A program made the position numbers and the translations under genes. From an uncultured delta proteobacterium (GTDB lineage: Bacteria > Desulfobacterota > Desulfobacteria > Desulfobacterales > JAHEIW01): DNA of 64,000 nucleotides. Below are positions 20,878 through 29,994 of this stretch, piece by piece (position 1 is the first letter of the stretch; the number at the start of each line of letters is the position of its first letter). Below the pieces are notes generated by a model. The model was not told where the DNA came from, did no database searches, and saw nothing but the letters and a program-made list of their open reading frames with translations. The DNA is taken from NCBI GenBank assembly GCA_963706575.1, contig CAVPNL010000008.1:224001-288000 (forward strand), read 5' to 3'.

Positions 20878-21371
20878 ATGACAGATTCAATAACTATTGC
20901 TGTTCTAGAAGCTGCCTATGAAGCAGAAAAGGTGGCATCTGACCATTATGTTGGTTATTCCCGAAAAGCTGTTGAAGAAAGATATCCGAATATTGCCTAT
21001 CTTTTTAGCGCATATGCGGTTTCTGAAAAAATTCATGCAAAGAACTACAAAAGGATACTTGCCTCATTGAACGCAGGGTTTGAAGAGCCTGAATTTAATA
21101 TTTTTATATTAGACACTAAAGCAAATTTAATGAGTGCTTCAGAGGGTGAACTGAAAAGATGAAGGAAACCTATCCAGATTTCCTTGCGAAACTAAAAAAT
21201 GAATCGCATGACGAAGCTATTATCAATTGTATGTATTCTTAGAAATTCGATCGGCAACATAAACGGAAAATCAACGAAGTTCGGAATTATTCAAAATGGT
21301 TTTTTGGTTCAGTGGCAAAAAAAATTGAGGGAATGAAATTTGACTTTCATGTATGTGAGATTTGTGGATCT
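20878..21371 (+). pseudogene. Rubrerythrin/ferritin-like protein pseudogene
   Basis: MTDSITIAVLEAAYEAEKVASDHY...SEKIHAKNY diiron-type motifs. Frameshift near 21158, in-frame TAG near 21240, then FDFHVCEICGS (first rubredoxin CxxC) cut off by IS sequence. Confidence 0.7.
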
Positions 21372-21377
21372 AAACAA

Positions 21378-22971
21378 ATCCCGGTTTCATAGAGGAGCAA
21401 CTGGTGCCCGGCAGTTTGGAGTTTGCCATTCGATATGCTCATTGAGACGCGCATGGACATGTCGGTATTTGAGGGCAACTACAAAAATGACGAGACAGGC
21501 CGCAGTGCCTATGATCCTAAGATTTTGTTAAAAGTGGTATTGTTGGCTTACGCGCGGGGGCTGATATCCTCGCGGCAAATTGAAAGGGCCTGCTGTGAGA
21601 ACGTGACCTTTATGGCGCTGTCTGGCAACCAGCGGCCCGATCACAGTACCATTGCAACTTTTGTATCTTCGATGAAAGATCAGATATTGCCTTTGTTTTG
21701 CGACATTTTATTGGTCTGTGAGCAAGAAAACCTATTGGGCGGGACCTTTTTTGCCTTAGACGGGGTAAAGCTACCGGCTAACGCGTCCAAGGAGTGCAGC
21801 GGCACGATAGCAGAACTAAAAAAGAAAAAGGACAAAATACAACAAAAAGTCAAGCGCCTATTAAAAGATCAGATTGATGCGGATAAAGATGACGATGATG
21901 ATTTTCGCACTCCACCCAAAGTCGAGCAGCAAATTGAGAAGCTTAACAAGCAAGCCGATCGCATTGAAAAATGGCTCAAAAAAAATAATGCCAAGATCAG
22001 CTCAAATGGCAGAGAGCTCAAAAGCAATCTAACCGATAATGACTCGGCGTTAATGCTCACCTCCGGCGGCACCATCCAGGGCTACAATGGCCAGGCGCTG
22101 GTGGATGACAAGCACCAGATTATCGTTCATGGACAAGCCTTTGGCAGCGGACAGGATGCCAAACATCTTGATCCCATGGTTGATGGGGCTAAAGCCAATC
22201 TGGAAAAAATCGGTCAGAGTGCAGATTATTTTAAAGGCAAGATTTTAACTGCTGATACCAATTACCATAATCAAAGCAATTTAAAAAAGTGCCACGATGA
22301 ACAGCTTGATGCATATATACCGGATTTAAAATTTCGCAACCGCGATTCACGATTTGCTACCCGGCCAAGGAATAAACCCAAGAAGGGTAAAAAATTTGTA
22401 TTAGAAGATTTTAAGCACAACAAAGCTGCCGATCACTATATTTGTCCCAATGGTAAGGTGCTCAAGCTAAACGTAAAGCGCCACACCACAGATCACAATA
22501 TCTACCGCCGCTATATGGCCGATGAAGCCGATTGCAGCCGCTGTTCATTAACGCATCGATGTTTTTATCGCAAAAATACAAAACGTCGTTCACTGGATGT
22601 TCCCATCGGTGCAGCAAACACCAATTTTTCCAAAGCCATGCAGCACAAAGTTGATAGTGAGAAGGGACGCAAAATATATCCACAGCGCTTTGCCATTGTG
22701 GAGCCGGTTTTTGCCAATATTAAAACCCAAAAGCGCTTGAATCGATTTACGCTAAGAGGCAAGGTCAAAGCTAACATCCAATGGATGCTCTATTGCATGG
22801 TGCATAATATCGAAAAGATCATGAACTTTGCCACGGCATAAGCGGGATTATCAGCTCCAGGGCATACAAGCGGCATAATAAAACTTACCAGCAGCCCAAA
22901 ATACGACTTTAGAAATGTTTGAAGTTTGGCGCAACAGATGGATGTTTAAAAACAACTTATTCAACAACTTC
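21378..22971 (+). mobile_element. IS1182-family element, 5'-truncated; DDE transposase ORF 21423..22841
   Basis: GRSAYDPKILLKV, SSRQIERAC, RPDHSTIATF, ALDGVKLPANAS, GYNGQ, ADTNY and VEPVFANIK motifs. The upstream frameshifted piece reads IPVS.EEQLVPGSLEFAI. The right end is estimated (ACTTATTCAACAACTT). Confidence 0.85.
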
Positions 22972-23114
22972 CCAACATATCAGCACTTTTGAACTCCGAA
23001 AAAACCTGTGATACTTGTTTTATATCACAAATTATAGAGGCCTTAGACATTATCCCCACGATGTCTTGTCTCCAGTCTCACACAAGTGTTGACCATATCG
23101 TTGACCAAGCCAAA

Positions 23115-23144
23115 AGAAAAGCCCTTTTTAGATAAGGGCTTTTC
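23115..23144 (-). terminator. Terminator downstream of tRNA-Leu
   Basis: AGAAAAGCCCTT-N6-AAGGGCTTTTCT hairpin with an A-run on the left (U-tail on the minus strand). Confidence 0.75.
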
Positions 23145-23166
23145 TCATAACATATTGATATTATTA

Positions 23167-23253
23167 TGGTGCCGAAGGCCGGACTTGAACCGGCACGGCT
23201 TTTGGCCACTACCCCCTCAAGATAGCGTGTCTACCAAGTTCCACCACTTCGGC
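23167..23253 (-). tRNA. tRNA-Leu (anticodon GAG)
   Basis: Minus strand GCCGAAGTGGTGGAACTTGGTAGACACGCTATCTTGAGGGGGTAGTGGCCAAAAGCCGTGCCGGTTCAAGTCCGGCCTTCGGCACCA: acceptor stem, long variable arm, T-loop and CCA. Canonical position after secG. Confidence 0.97.
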
Positions 23254-23286
23254 TTATATGAAATACGCGGTTGAATGAAATACTGA

Positions 23287-23688
23287 TTATTCGCTTTTCG
23301 CCGGTGCGTTGCTTTCCTGCGGAGCGGTCTGCTCTTGGGTTGCAGGCGCTGATTGGGCCGGAGCTGTACTCTCTTGCGTTGCAGTCCCGCCCTGGGCTGC
23401 CGGTGCTGGCTGTTCAATCGGCGCCGGGGTTGACTGAATGATCGAGTCTGCCGTTCGATGGCTGGACAGGTAGGCCAACGCCAGGGACGTGAGCATAAAA
23501 ATAATGGCCGCGCCGGTCGTGGCCTTGCTTAAAAAAGTTGAGGCCCCTGTGCTGCCGAACAGCGTTTGACTGCCTCCACCGCCAAAAGCGGCCCCCATAT
23601 CGGCCCCCTTGCCGGTTTGAAGCAGTACAATCATGATCAGGGCGACACATACGATAACATGAACAATGATCAGTATGGTGGACATCAT
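23287..23688 (-). CDS. secG: Preprotein translocase subunit SecG
   Basis: VLLQTGKGADMGAAFGGGGSQTLFGS motif. Confidence 0.97.
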   Translation of the reverse strand: MMSTILIIVHVIVCVALIMIVLLQTGKGADMGAAFGGGGSQTLFGSTGASTFLSKATTGAAIIFMLTSLALAYLSSHRTADSIIQSTPAPIEQPAPAAQGGTATQESTAPAQSAPATQEQTAPQESNAPAKSE

Positions 23689-23709
23689 ATTTTTTCTTTA
23701 AACCTCGAT

Positions 23710-24465
23710 TTAATATCTTACAATTTTGCTGAAAGATTCGGCGTCAAGACTTGCGCCGCCGACCAGGGCGCCGTCAATGTCGGGCATCGACATTAAACCC
23801 GCGATATTATCCGGTTTGACACTGCCGCCGTATAAAATCCTGATGGAGTCGGACAGTGCATTGCCAAAATTTTTCTCCACCAGAGAACGAATAAACTGAT
23901 GGACTTCCTGGGCTTGATCATCGGTAGCGGTTTTGCCGGTTCCGATGGCCCATACCGGTTCATAGGCAATAATCAGCATATCCAGCTGTTCTGAAACCAA
24001 ACTCTCTAACCCTTTTTTGACCTGTTTGTCAAGTACCGAAAATGTTTGTTCAGACTCACGCTCTTTTTCGGTTTCACCGACACAGAAAACCGGTTTAAGG
24101 CCAACCTGGATGGCGGCCTGAATCTTTTTGTTTACGGTTTCATCGGTTTCGCCGAAGTATTGCCGGCGTTCGGAATGGCCGATGATGCCATACTCGCAGC
24201 CCACGGACTTCAGCATGGGGGCGGAGATCTCTCCGGTATAGGCACCTTCATTTTCCCAGAAAAGATTCTGGGCGCCCAGGGCAACCGGGCTGTTTTGGAT
24301 GACCTTGAATACCGGCCCAAGGGCCGTATAGGTCGGGGCGATCATGATGTCGACATCGGTAACCCCGGTCACGCCTTCAACCAGCTGGCTCGCGGTTTCT
24401 GCAGCTTCCTCCGGTGTTTTATACATTTTCCAGTTCCCCGCAATCAGCGGTCTGCGGTTTTTCAT
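23710..24465 (-). CDS. tpiA: Triosephosphate isomerase
   Basis: AGNWKM, GHSERR, AYEPVWAIGTG and LVGGASL motifs. Confidence 0.99.
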   Translation of the reverse strand: MKNRRPLIAGNWKMYKTPEEAAETASQLVEGVTGVTDVDIMIAPTYTALGPVFKVIQNSPVALGAQNLFWENEGAYTGEISAPMLKSVGCEYGIIGHSERRQYFGETDETVNKKIQAAIQVGLKPVFCVGETEKERESEQTFSVLDKQVKKGLESLVSEQLDMLIIAYEPVWAIGTGKTATDDQAQEVHQFIRSLVEKNFGNALSDSIRILYGGSVKPDNIAGLMSMPDIDGALVGGASLDAESFSKIVRY

Positions 24466-24483
24466 CGCAAGCTCCTTTTTCTC

Positions 24484-24617
24484 AAAGGTTCAAGGTTCAA
24501 CGTTAAAAGGTTCAAGGGTTTAGATACCAAATAATAGCAGAAAAAGCAGGAGGCCAGTTACAAGAGGCCTGATGATTAAAGATCAGAAAACTTTGAACCC
24601 TGAACCCTTGAACCTTA
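24484..24617. repeat. Inverted tandem-repeat element (AGGTTCA arrays / TGAACC arrays)
   Basis: AAGGTTCAAGGTTCAACGTTAAAAGGTTCAAGGGTT ... AACTTTGAACCCTGAACCCTTGAACCTT. Confidence 0.8.
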
Positions 24618-24621
24618 GGTG

Positions 24622-25626
24622 TTATAATTGCGATCCCACCATCGCTGCCAGGTCCACCATTCGATGGGAGTAACCGGACTCATTATCATACCAGGAAAGC
24701 ACTTTTACCATATTGCCGACAACATAGGTTGTGGGGGCATCGACAACTGAAGAAAGTGAGCATCCGTTGTAATCAACCGAAACCAGTGGTTCTTCACTAT
24801 ATCCAAGAATACCGGCCAGGGATTCTTCCGATGCGGCCTTGAGGGCCGAATTTATTTCTGAGATGGTAATATCGGGTTTTTCGACAGTTGCCACAAAATC
24901 CACCAGAGAAACATTGGGCGTTGGGACCCGGATGGCCAGACCATTGAGCTTTCCGTCTAGTTCCGGCAGCACCAGTGATACGGCCTTGGCTGCACCGGTG
25001 GTGGTGGGCACCATCGAAAGGGCAGCTGCTCTAGCTCGGCGCAGATCCTTGTGCGGGAAATCCAGCAGTCGCTGGTCACCGGTGTAGGCATGGATGGTGG
25101 TCATCAATCCGGTCTTTAAGCCAAAATTTTCCAAAATCACTTTAGCTACCGGCGCCAGGCAGTTTGTGGTGCATGAGGCATTCGAGATAATATGATGCTG
25201 GCGTGGATCATACTGATTTGAGTTAACGCCCATCACAATGGTGATGTCCGGATCTCCGGCCGGTGCCGAAATGATGACTTTACGGGCTCCGGCGGCCAGG
25301 TGCCGGGAAGCGTCTTCACGGTCGCGAAACAATCCGGTGCATTCCGCTACAATATCAACACCCAGTTTACGCCAGTCAATTTTATCGGGCTCCTTGATGG
25401 ACCGGATGGCAACCGAATTGCCGTTAACCTGCAACCGGTCATTTTCAGCTCTAATCTCTGGTTCGAATCTGCCGTGCACCGAATCATATTTAAGTAAATG
25501 GGCAATCGTGGCGCTATCGGCAAGGTCATTGATCGCGACAACTTCAACCTCGGGATGATTCCATGCTGCTCGAAAGACCAGACGCCCAATCCTGCCAAAC
25601 CCATTAATGCCGACTTTTACCGTCAT
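24622..25626 (-). CDS. gap: Glyceraldehyde-3-phosphate dehydrogenase (type I)
   Basis: GINGFGRIGR, SNASCTTNCLAP and WYDNE motifs. Confidence 0.99.
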   Translation of the reverse strand: MTVKVGINGFGRIGRLVFRAAWNHPEVEVVAINDLADSATIAHLLKYDSVHGRFEPEIRAENDRLQVNGNSVAIRSIKEPDKIDWRKLGVDIVAECTGLFRDREDASRHLAAGARKVIISAPAGDPDITIVMGVNSNQYDPRQHHIISNASCTTNCLAPVAKVILENFGLKTGLMTTIHAYTGDQRLLDFPHKDLRRARAAALSMVPTTTGAAKAVSLVLPELDGKLNGLAIRVPTPNVSLVDFVATVEKPDITISEINSALKAASEESLAGILGYSEEPLVSVDYNGCSLSSVVDAPTTYVVGNMVKVLSWYDNESGYSHRMVDLAAMVGSQL

Positions 25627-25780
25627 AGGTGCTCCTTTAAATGTTTTGCAATCACCATTGCATCTGCGCCGGTTTCTGGATAGTAATGAGATCTTCTACC
25701 CAGCAGCTAAAAACCCGACTTCCGATAAAGGGCGATCGCTGTTTTATTGGTGGGACGTGCTTCAATGTAAACCGAATGGA

Positions 25781-26194
25781 CTAACTCCGCTTATTCCCTT
25801 TTAATATACTGCTTGCTAGAGAAATACTTTTTTTACCGAACTCCTCCAGTTTGACTGCCAGCTTTTCAAGCTCCATTTTGTTCCGGATATTATCGGCCTG
25901 GATCAAAATGGGAAGGTTGACGCCGGAGATGACCTCAATATGTCCTTCTTCCAAAAACGAATAGCTTAAATTCGACGGGGTTCCGCCAAACATGTCGGTT
26001 AATATCAGTACACCATCTTCTGAACTGACCGATTTGATACCAGCGGCAATCTTTGCACGCAGCACATCTGTGCTTTCGTTCAAGTCAATCGATACGGATA
26101 CCAGCGCTTCGGGCCTTTTGCCGATAATAAATTCAGCGGCTTCAATTAGCGCATCCCCTAACTGACGATGCGTTACAATTACAATACCGATCAT
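25781..26194 (-). CDS. PTS mannose/fructose-type EIIA component
   Basis: MIGIVIVTH, LTDMFGGTPSN and GVNLP motifs. Confidence 0.93.
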   Translation of the reverse strand: MIGIVIVTHRQLGDALIEAAEFIIGKRPEALVSVSIDLNESTDVLRAKIAAGIKSVSSEDGVLILTDMFGGTPSNLSYSFLEEGHIEVISGVNLPILIQADNIRNKMELEKLAVKLEEFGKKSISLASSILKGNKRS

Positions 26195-26213
26195 AATTCA
26201 CCTTTAAAAAAAC

Positions 26214-26370
26214 AAGTGAGCTAAAGTTATGATGATCTCTCGTGCCTCAGGCGCTTGGCCGGTGGGCTTCATCTTTTTTTATTAAATGATCGATGGACCC
26301 AGAGGCTCTCGACGGGCAGACATTCATCAATTTTAGGCATTTTAGATCATTTTAACATTTTAGCTCATTT
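26214..26370. repeat. CTAAAATG/CATTTTAG inverted-array element, copy 1
   Basis: AAGTGAGCTAAAGTTATGATG ... GCTTCATCTTTTTT ... TTTTAGGCATTTTAGATCATTTTAACATTTTAGCTCATTT; homologous to the copies at 47.5 kb and 62.2 kb. Confidence 0.75.
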
Positions 26371-26393
26371 CCCTTTTTTTAGAAAGCTTGAAG

Positions 26394-27263
26394 CTAGGCC
26401 GACTGATCGATATCCCGATGCGCAATTTCGGTTTGTTTTCTGGTTTTTCGAATGTGATCAAAAATGGTGCGCGCGATGGTTACGGATCGGTGTCGACCGC
26501 CAGTGCAACCGATGGCAACCGTTAAATATGCTTTGCCTTCCTTTTCATACATTGGGATCAAATAGTCAAGTAGATCCAGATATTTATTGAGAAAGGTCTG
26601 GGTGTCTTCATGGCTTAAGATGAAATCTTGAATTTTTGCATCCTCGCCATCCAAATGTTTTAATTCTGCAACGAAATAGGGGTTGATCAGAAAGCGTACA
26701 TCGATGATTAGATCAGCGTCGAGCGGCACACCGTATTTAAAGCCGAAAGAAACAATTTGGATCCGCATCGCGACAATTTTTTTGCTTTTGCGGGCTACCT
26801 CTGAAATTTTAGCCTTGAGTTCATGAACATTGTAATTGGAGGTATCGATGATTTTATCGGAAACTGTGCGCAGATCTTCCAATTGTTGCCTTTCGGCCCT
26901 AATACCCTCTAAAAGGCTTTTACCCTGCGAAAGTGGATGTTGCCTTCGCGTGGCGCTGTAACGTTGGACCAGAACATCTTCTTTGGCTTCAAGAAAAAGG
27001 ATTTCGAACTGGTACCCTTTTTTTTTGAGAGATTTAAAAATCTTACTGTATTTTAAAAGAAATCCCTTTTCCCGTAAGTCCATTACGAGCGCAATTCCGG
27101 CGATTTCTGTATTGCTTTCAATTGGTAATTGGAGGAATTTGGGAAGGAGGGCGACCGGCATATTGTCAACGCAATAAAAACCGGCGTCTTCTAATGCTGC
27201 CATGGCCGTACTTTTTCCAGAGCCCGCTAGGCCGGTAATAATGATGATGGTTAAATGTTTCAC
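26394..27263 (-). CDS. rapZ: RNase adapter RapZ
   Basis: ITGLAGSGKS, CVDNMP, SFGFKYG and GCTGGRHRSV motifs. Confidence 0.97.
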   Translation of the reverse strand: MKHLTIIIITGLAGSGKSTAMAALEDAGFYCVDNMPVALLPKFLQLPIESNTEIAGIALVMDLREKGFLLKYSKIFKSLKKKGYQFEILFLEAKEDVLVQRYSATRRQHPLSQGKSLLEGIRAERQQLEDLRTVSDKIIDTSNYNVHELKAKISEVARKSKKIVAMRIQIVSFGFKYGVPLDADLIIDVRFLINPYFVAELKHLDGEDAKIQDFILSHEDTQTFLNKYLDLLDYLIPMYEKEGKAYLTVAIGCTGGRHRSVTIARTIFDHIRKTRKQTEIAHRDIDQSA

Positions 27264-27322
27264 TTTAGAGAATTAAGGGGTTGCACCCCAATTGGAATGT
27301 TGGAATACTGGAACGCTGCGGC

Positions 27323-27781
27323 CTAAAATTCTTCATCCTCTTCTTTGATAACCTCGAATATTTCCTGGCGGTCGGCCGCATTCAGCAACCGGTCTTTGAA
27401 GTGGTCATTTTTTAGAATTCTTGAAATTCGGGCTAAAAGCTTCAAATGAAGACCGGTTGAATTCTCAGGGGTTATCAGGACAAAGAAGATATGGGTGGGT
27501 TGCCCGTCAATCGATTCAAAATCGATGCCCTTACGGCTGAGACCAAAACCCAGAACAAGCGTTTCAAGGTCCTTAATTTTGCCATGCGGAATTCCAATCC
27601 CGCCGCCGATACCGGTACTGCCAAGTCGTTCTCTTTCCATCAGCACCCGGGCCAGATTCTCCTGACTCATGCCGGTAATTCCGACCAGAGGGACCACCAA
27701 TTCCTCCAGAACACCTTTTTTATTCTGCGATTTTAAATCATCTAAAATCGCTTCTTTTTGCATAACTTCAAGAATCTTCAT
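27323..27781 (-). CDS. ptsN: PTS nitrogen-regulatory EIIA
   Basis: RERLGSTGIGGGIGIPHGK motif; located in the rpoN cluster. Confidence 0.93.
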   Translation of the reverse strand: MKILEVMQKEAILDDLKSQNKKGVLEELVVPLVGITGMSQENLARVLMERERLGSTGIGGGIGIPHGKIKDLETLVLGFGLSRKGIDFESIDGQPTHIFFVLITPENSTGLHLKLLARISRILKNDHFKDRLLNAADRQEIFEVIKEEDEEF

Positions 27782-28009
27782 AATTTCATAATTTTTAATA
27801 AAAATCGATTAAAGGGCTCCCGGGGTAAACCGCCGGGCGCAACGTAAATGTAATTCCAAAAATTAAACCTGCAAGCTTATTTTTACGCGTAAAGGTCTTT
27901 GCGTAAATTGCGTGTGAGAATAGGATTTATTTTAAAAAAAAGAATCGGGTAGCGTGTTATACCACCTTTGAACTTTTGCGGCAATCTAAACCCGCTACCC
28001 GCTAAAGGA

Positions 28010-28543
28010 TTAGCTGTTCGGTTGTATCAACCCATAATGGCCGTCTTTACGTCGATACAAAACATTGACCCGATCTGAACGGGCGTTTGTAAATACCAGA
28101 AAATTATCATCTAGCAGGTCCATCTGTAATGCCGCTTCTTCAACATGCATCGGTTTATATTCGATATATTTTATTTTAATTTGCCGTTCCAACTCCTCTT
28201 CGGGCAGGTTCATCTCCTCTGCCAGCATGTCCCTGTTGCGGGCTTTGGCACCGCTGCGGCGCTCCCTGATCTTTTCTTTGCTCTTTTTTATTTGTTTTTC
28301 AAGTTTATCAAGAACCATATCGATGGCCGAGTACATATCGATAGTTTCTTCTTTGCCGTTTATTGTCAGACGGTCTCCGCTAATATTGATTTCAGCCATA
28401 TGGCGGAATTTTTCAACTGATAAAACGACATTGGCCTCTGCGGGATTATCCAGTAGGCGATCAAATCGATCGAGTTTTTCCTGGACATATGATCTTAAGG
28501 TATCGGAAGAATCGAGGTTCTTAAACGTAACCGATGTCTGCAT
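28010..28543 (-). CDS. hpf: Ribosome hibernation promoting factor (long HPF)
   Basis: DMYSAIDMVLDKLEKQ and C-terminal KPMHVEEAALQM...VLYRRKDGHYGLI. Confidence 0.95.
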   Translation of the reverse strand: MQTSVTFKNLDSSDTLRSYVQEKLDRFDRLLDNPAEANVVLSVEKFRHMAEINISGDRLTINGKEETIDMYSAIDMVLDKLEKQIKKSKEKIRERRSGAKARNRDMLAEEMNLPEEELERQIKIKYIEYKPMHVEEAALQMDLLDDNFLVFTNARSDRVNVLYRRKDGHYGLIQPNS

Positions 28544-28556
28544 ACTTACTCCCCCC

Positions 28557-29993
28557 CTAAATCTGTTTGCGCTTGTTTGAAGGTAAGACTTTCAGCATTT
28601 CACGATATTTCGCAACCGTGCGACGTGCGATGTGAATGTGATGATCCTGTTTTAAAAGCTGCGAAATTTTATCATCACTGTACGGCTTTTTCGGATCTTC
28701 GTTTAAAATAATCTGTCTGATGTTTTCCTGAACGCTGGCAGATGCAATATTTCCACCGTGGGCCCGCCTGATTGAACTGTTGAAAAAGTATTTGAGCTCA
28801 AAGATACCCTGCGGTGTGTAAGCATATTTATTGGTCGTAACCCGGCTGATTGTGGATTCATGCATCCCAATATCCTGAGCAACATCCCGCAGCACCATCG
28901 GTTTCAAATAGGCAATTCCTTTTTCGAAAAATTCCCTTTGAAATCCCAAAATGCTCTCCATGACCTTATAAATGGTTTTTTGACGTTGATGGATGCTTTT
29001 AATCAGCCAGGCAGCTGACCGGATTTTGTCCTGGATGTAATCTTCGGCTTCCCCGGAAATTTTTTTGCCCTGGCTGATGGTGCTTTTATAAAAGGAATTG
29101 ACGCGAAGTTTGGGCATGCCGTCGTCATTGAGCATGATCACAAAATCGTCTTCCAATTTATAGACATGGATGTCCGGATTGATATATTGCGGTGTTTCCT
29201 CGCTAAACTGCCGGCCGGGTTTGGGTTCGAATGCCTTGATGACATTGACCGCCGATACCACCTCATCCATGCTTATTTTTAATGCCTTGCAGATGCCTTT
29301 ATAATTTTTCTTTTCAAGGTCATGCAGGTGGTTGCTGATGATCTCGCTGATAATCGTATTTTCGAATCCAAAATGGGCGGCCTGAATGAGCAAGCACTCT
29401 TTTAAATCTCTGGCGCATACGCCGATCGGGTCAAAGGATTGCATTCTGGCAAGAAGATTTTCAACCGTCTCCACAGAACTGTAAGATTCCATGGCAATTT
29501 CTTCAACGCTACCATCTAAAAACCCGTCGTTGTTGAGGTTGCCGACAATGAGGCTGGCGATGGATTCTTCCTGCCTGGATGGTTTGGTCATCAAAAACTG
29601 CCACAACAGGTGATCGCGTAAGGACTTTTTAGGGGCGATAAAGGCTTCAAAACGCGGCGCATCTCTATCTTCGGACTCATAGCTGGTCCTGCCGGGTGTA
29701 TTGTATTCACCCAGATAATTGCTCCAGTCGATGTCGTCATGAATTTTTTCTTCGATCTTGACTTCTTCTGTCTTGGGGTTGTCCTCAGCTGGTTTTTCAG
29801 ACTGCTCCGCCAAATTTTCATCGGCGGCACTTTCCTGAACTTCCTCTAGTGCCGGATTTTCCTCAAGCTCCTGTCGAATGGTGTCCAGCATTTCTAAGCG
29901 GGACAGCTGCAGCAGTTTTATGGCCATTTGCAGCTGAGGGGTCATGATAAGCTGCTGCGTTAATTTGAGTTGTTGTCTTAGTTCAAGTGCCAT
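28557..29993 (-). CDS. rpoN: RNA polymerase sigma-54 factor
   Basis: MTPQLQMAIKLLQLS, HESTISRVT and RpoN box ARRTVAKYRE. Confidence 0.99.
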   Translation of the reverse strand: MALELRQQLKLTQQLIMTPQLQMAIKLLQLSRLEMLDTIRQELEENPALEEVQESAADENLAEQSEKPAEDNPKTEEVKIEEKIHDDIDWSNYLGEYNTPGRTSYESEDRDAPRFEAFIAPKKSLRDHLLWQFLMTKPSRQEESIASLIVGNLNNDGFLDGSVEEIAMESYSSVETVENLLARMQSFDPIGVCARDLKECLLIQAAHFGFENTIISEIISNHLHDLEKKNYKGICKALKISMDEVVSAVNVIKAFEPKPGRQFSEETPQYINPDIHVYKLEDDFVIMLNDDGMPKLRVNSFYKSTISQGKKISGEAEDYIQDKIRSAAWLIKSIHQRQKTIYKVMESILGFQREFFEKGIAYLKPMVLRDVAQDIGMHESTISRVTTNKYAYTPQGIFELKYFFNSSIRRAHGGNIASASVQENIRQIILNEDPKKPYSDDKISQLLKQDHHIHIARRTVAKYREMLKVLPSNKRKQI

Positions 29994-29994
29994 A

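Noticed and set aside
23040..23110. Integrase C-terminal remnant
   Set aside because: Too short and without catalytic motifs; cannot be supported.
27291..27313. TTGGAATG/CTGGAA short tandem as a full inverted-array element
   Set aside because: Only one array is visible, with no inverted partner; at most a remnant.
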